From the NCBI RefSeq assembly GCF_044704955.1, contig NC_091997.1:42222001-42286000 (forward strand): a stretch of 64,000 nucleotides of DNA. Direction: 5' to 3'. How positions within the stretch are numbered: the stretch's first letter is position 1; each line of letters starts with the position of its first letter. The notes beneath the pieces are model-generated. The model did no database searches and was not told the DNA's origin. It saw only the letters and a program-made list of their open reading frames with translations. The position numbers and the translations under genes are program-made. This document shows positions 62,881 to 64,000 of this stretch, piece after piece. This DNA is from Pristiophorus japonicus. Lineage: Eukaryota.

Positions 62881-63587
62881 CTTTGTGTAGTGCGTGTCAT
62901 TATTTGCAGAACCACAATGCTGCAGAACACTGACACGACAACTGTCAAAATGAATCTGGTCATGGTCTCTTTAAGGAAACTAGCTGATGGCATTTCATCA
63001 AATGACGTTATCAGACCCGGTTCCTTTTAATTGGCTGTGTACCTCGTAGGGCGGGCTTAACAATTGTAATCTCGGGAAGATTCTTTTCACGGTGCGGACT
63101 GGAGCCAGGAGCGGAGTCGCAACAGGCCACCGACCCCGGTCATCCCGGACCCGCCATGGTTGGCGAAATCGCGGCCTTAGTGTCTACATGTAGTATCTGG
63201 AGTCATTCTTGCCTTCAGGTATCTGCAGGTTCGGGACTTTGGTACACTGAGTTTATTAACATGGTACTTCACTTGGGATAACACAAGCAAATAGGAACTC
63301 CCTATACATGCAGTTCTAAAAATTCCCTCAACTTCCTGAAGTATTCCTGAATTTCCTAATTTTCAGAGTCTAACAGAGTCCCAGGGCACGGCACTGACTG
63401 AAAGTCTTGTTGATTTGATCCAATGTTTAACGGATAACCAGGATTTGTCTTTGACCTGTAAAATACACACAGTTACTTCCCGGGGAAACTTGGCACTATT
63501 CAGAAGGTTAAATATCTTCGACCTCAATATTATTTATACTTTTAAAAGGCAACAAGCAAGGCACAGCTAGAACAGAAAGAAAAAAAG

Positions 63588-64000
63588 GCTTACATTTATA
63601 TAGCGCCTTTTATGGCGACCGGCCATCGCTTTACAGTCAATGAAGTGCTTTTTGAAGTGTAGTCACTGTTGTATTGTAGGAAACGCAGCAGCCAATTTGT
63701 GCACAGTAAGCTCCCACAAACAGCAATGTGATAATGACCAAATAATCTGTTTTAATGAGGTTGATTGAGGAATAAATATTGGCTAGGACAATGTCCCGAC
63801 TCTTCTTTGAAATAGTGCCATATGTTCTTTACTTCCACCTGAGAGGGCAGATAGGGGCTCGCTTTAATGTCTTATCTGAAAGACGGCACTCCCTCAGTAC
63901 TGCACTGGAGGGTCATCCAAAATTTATGTGTTCATGTATCTGGAGTGGAACTTGAACCCACAACTTTCTGACAGAATGAGGGTGCCACCAATTGAGCCAA
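63588..64000 (-). mobile_element. tRNA-derived DeuSINE (SacSINE1-like)
   Basis: On the minus strand: A box tggctcaattgg, B box ggttcaagttcc, Deu-like core, and L2-like tail aaaggcgctatataaatgtaag. Confidence 0.75.

Overview
This is eukaryotic DNA from a vertebrate, very probably a cartilaginous fish (shark), judged by CR1 LINEs with an esterase ORF1, SacSINE1-like DeuSINEs and 4-exon interferons. The window holds a tandem cluster of intron-containing type I interferon genes on the + strand. Each gene has a signal peptide, 4 Cys, a CAWE motif, 4 coding exons and 3 phase-0 introns. There are two subtypes, called A and B here, arranged as a repeated A-B unit about 33.16 kb apart. A1 (444-1963), B1 (5972-9109) and A2 (33639-35168) are intact; B2 (38749-41883) has lesions only in exon 2; B3 (about 43125-47630) is a headless, older pseudogene. 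The main surprise is that A and B are about 43% identical in exons 1-2 with unalignable introns and promoters, yet nearly identical across exon 3, intron 3 and exon 4. This points to a shared, gene-converted 3' module. The rest is mostly transposable elements: a full-length RTE with TSD, bipartite RTE-derived SINEs, an RTE with a twin-priming-type 5' inversion, several nested CR1s, a Mag-like Gypsy LTR element, L2, DeuSINE and Harbinger relics. Their filled and empty sites order the duplications. All alignments and counts were made by eye.
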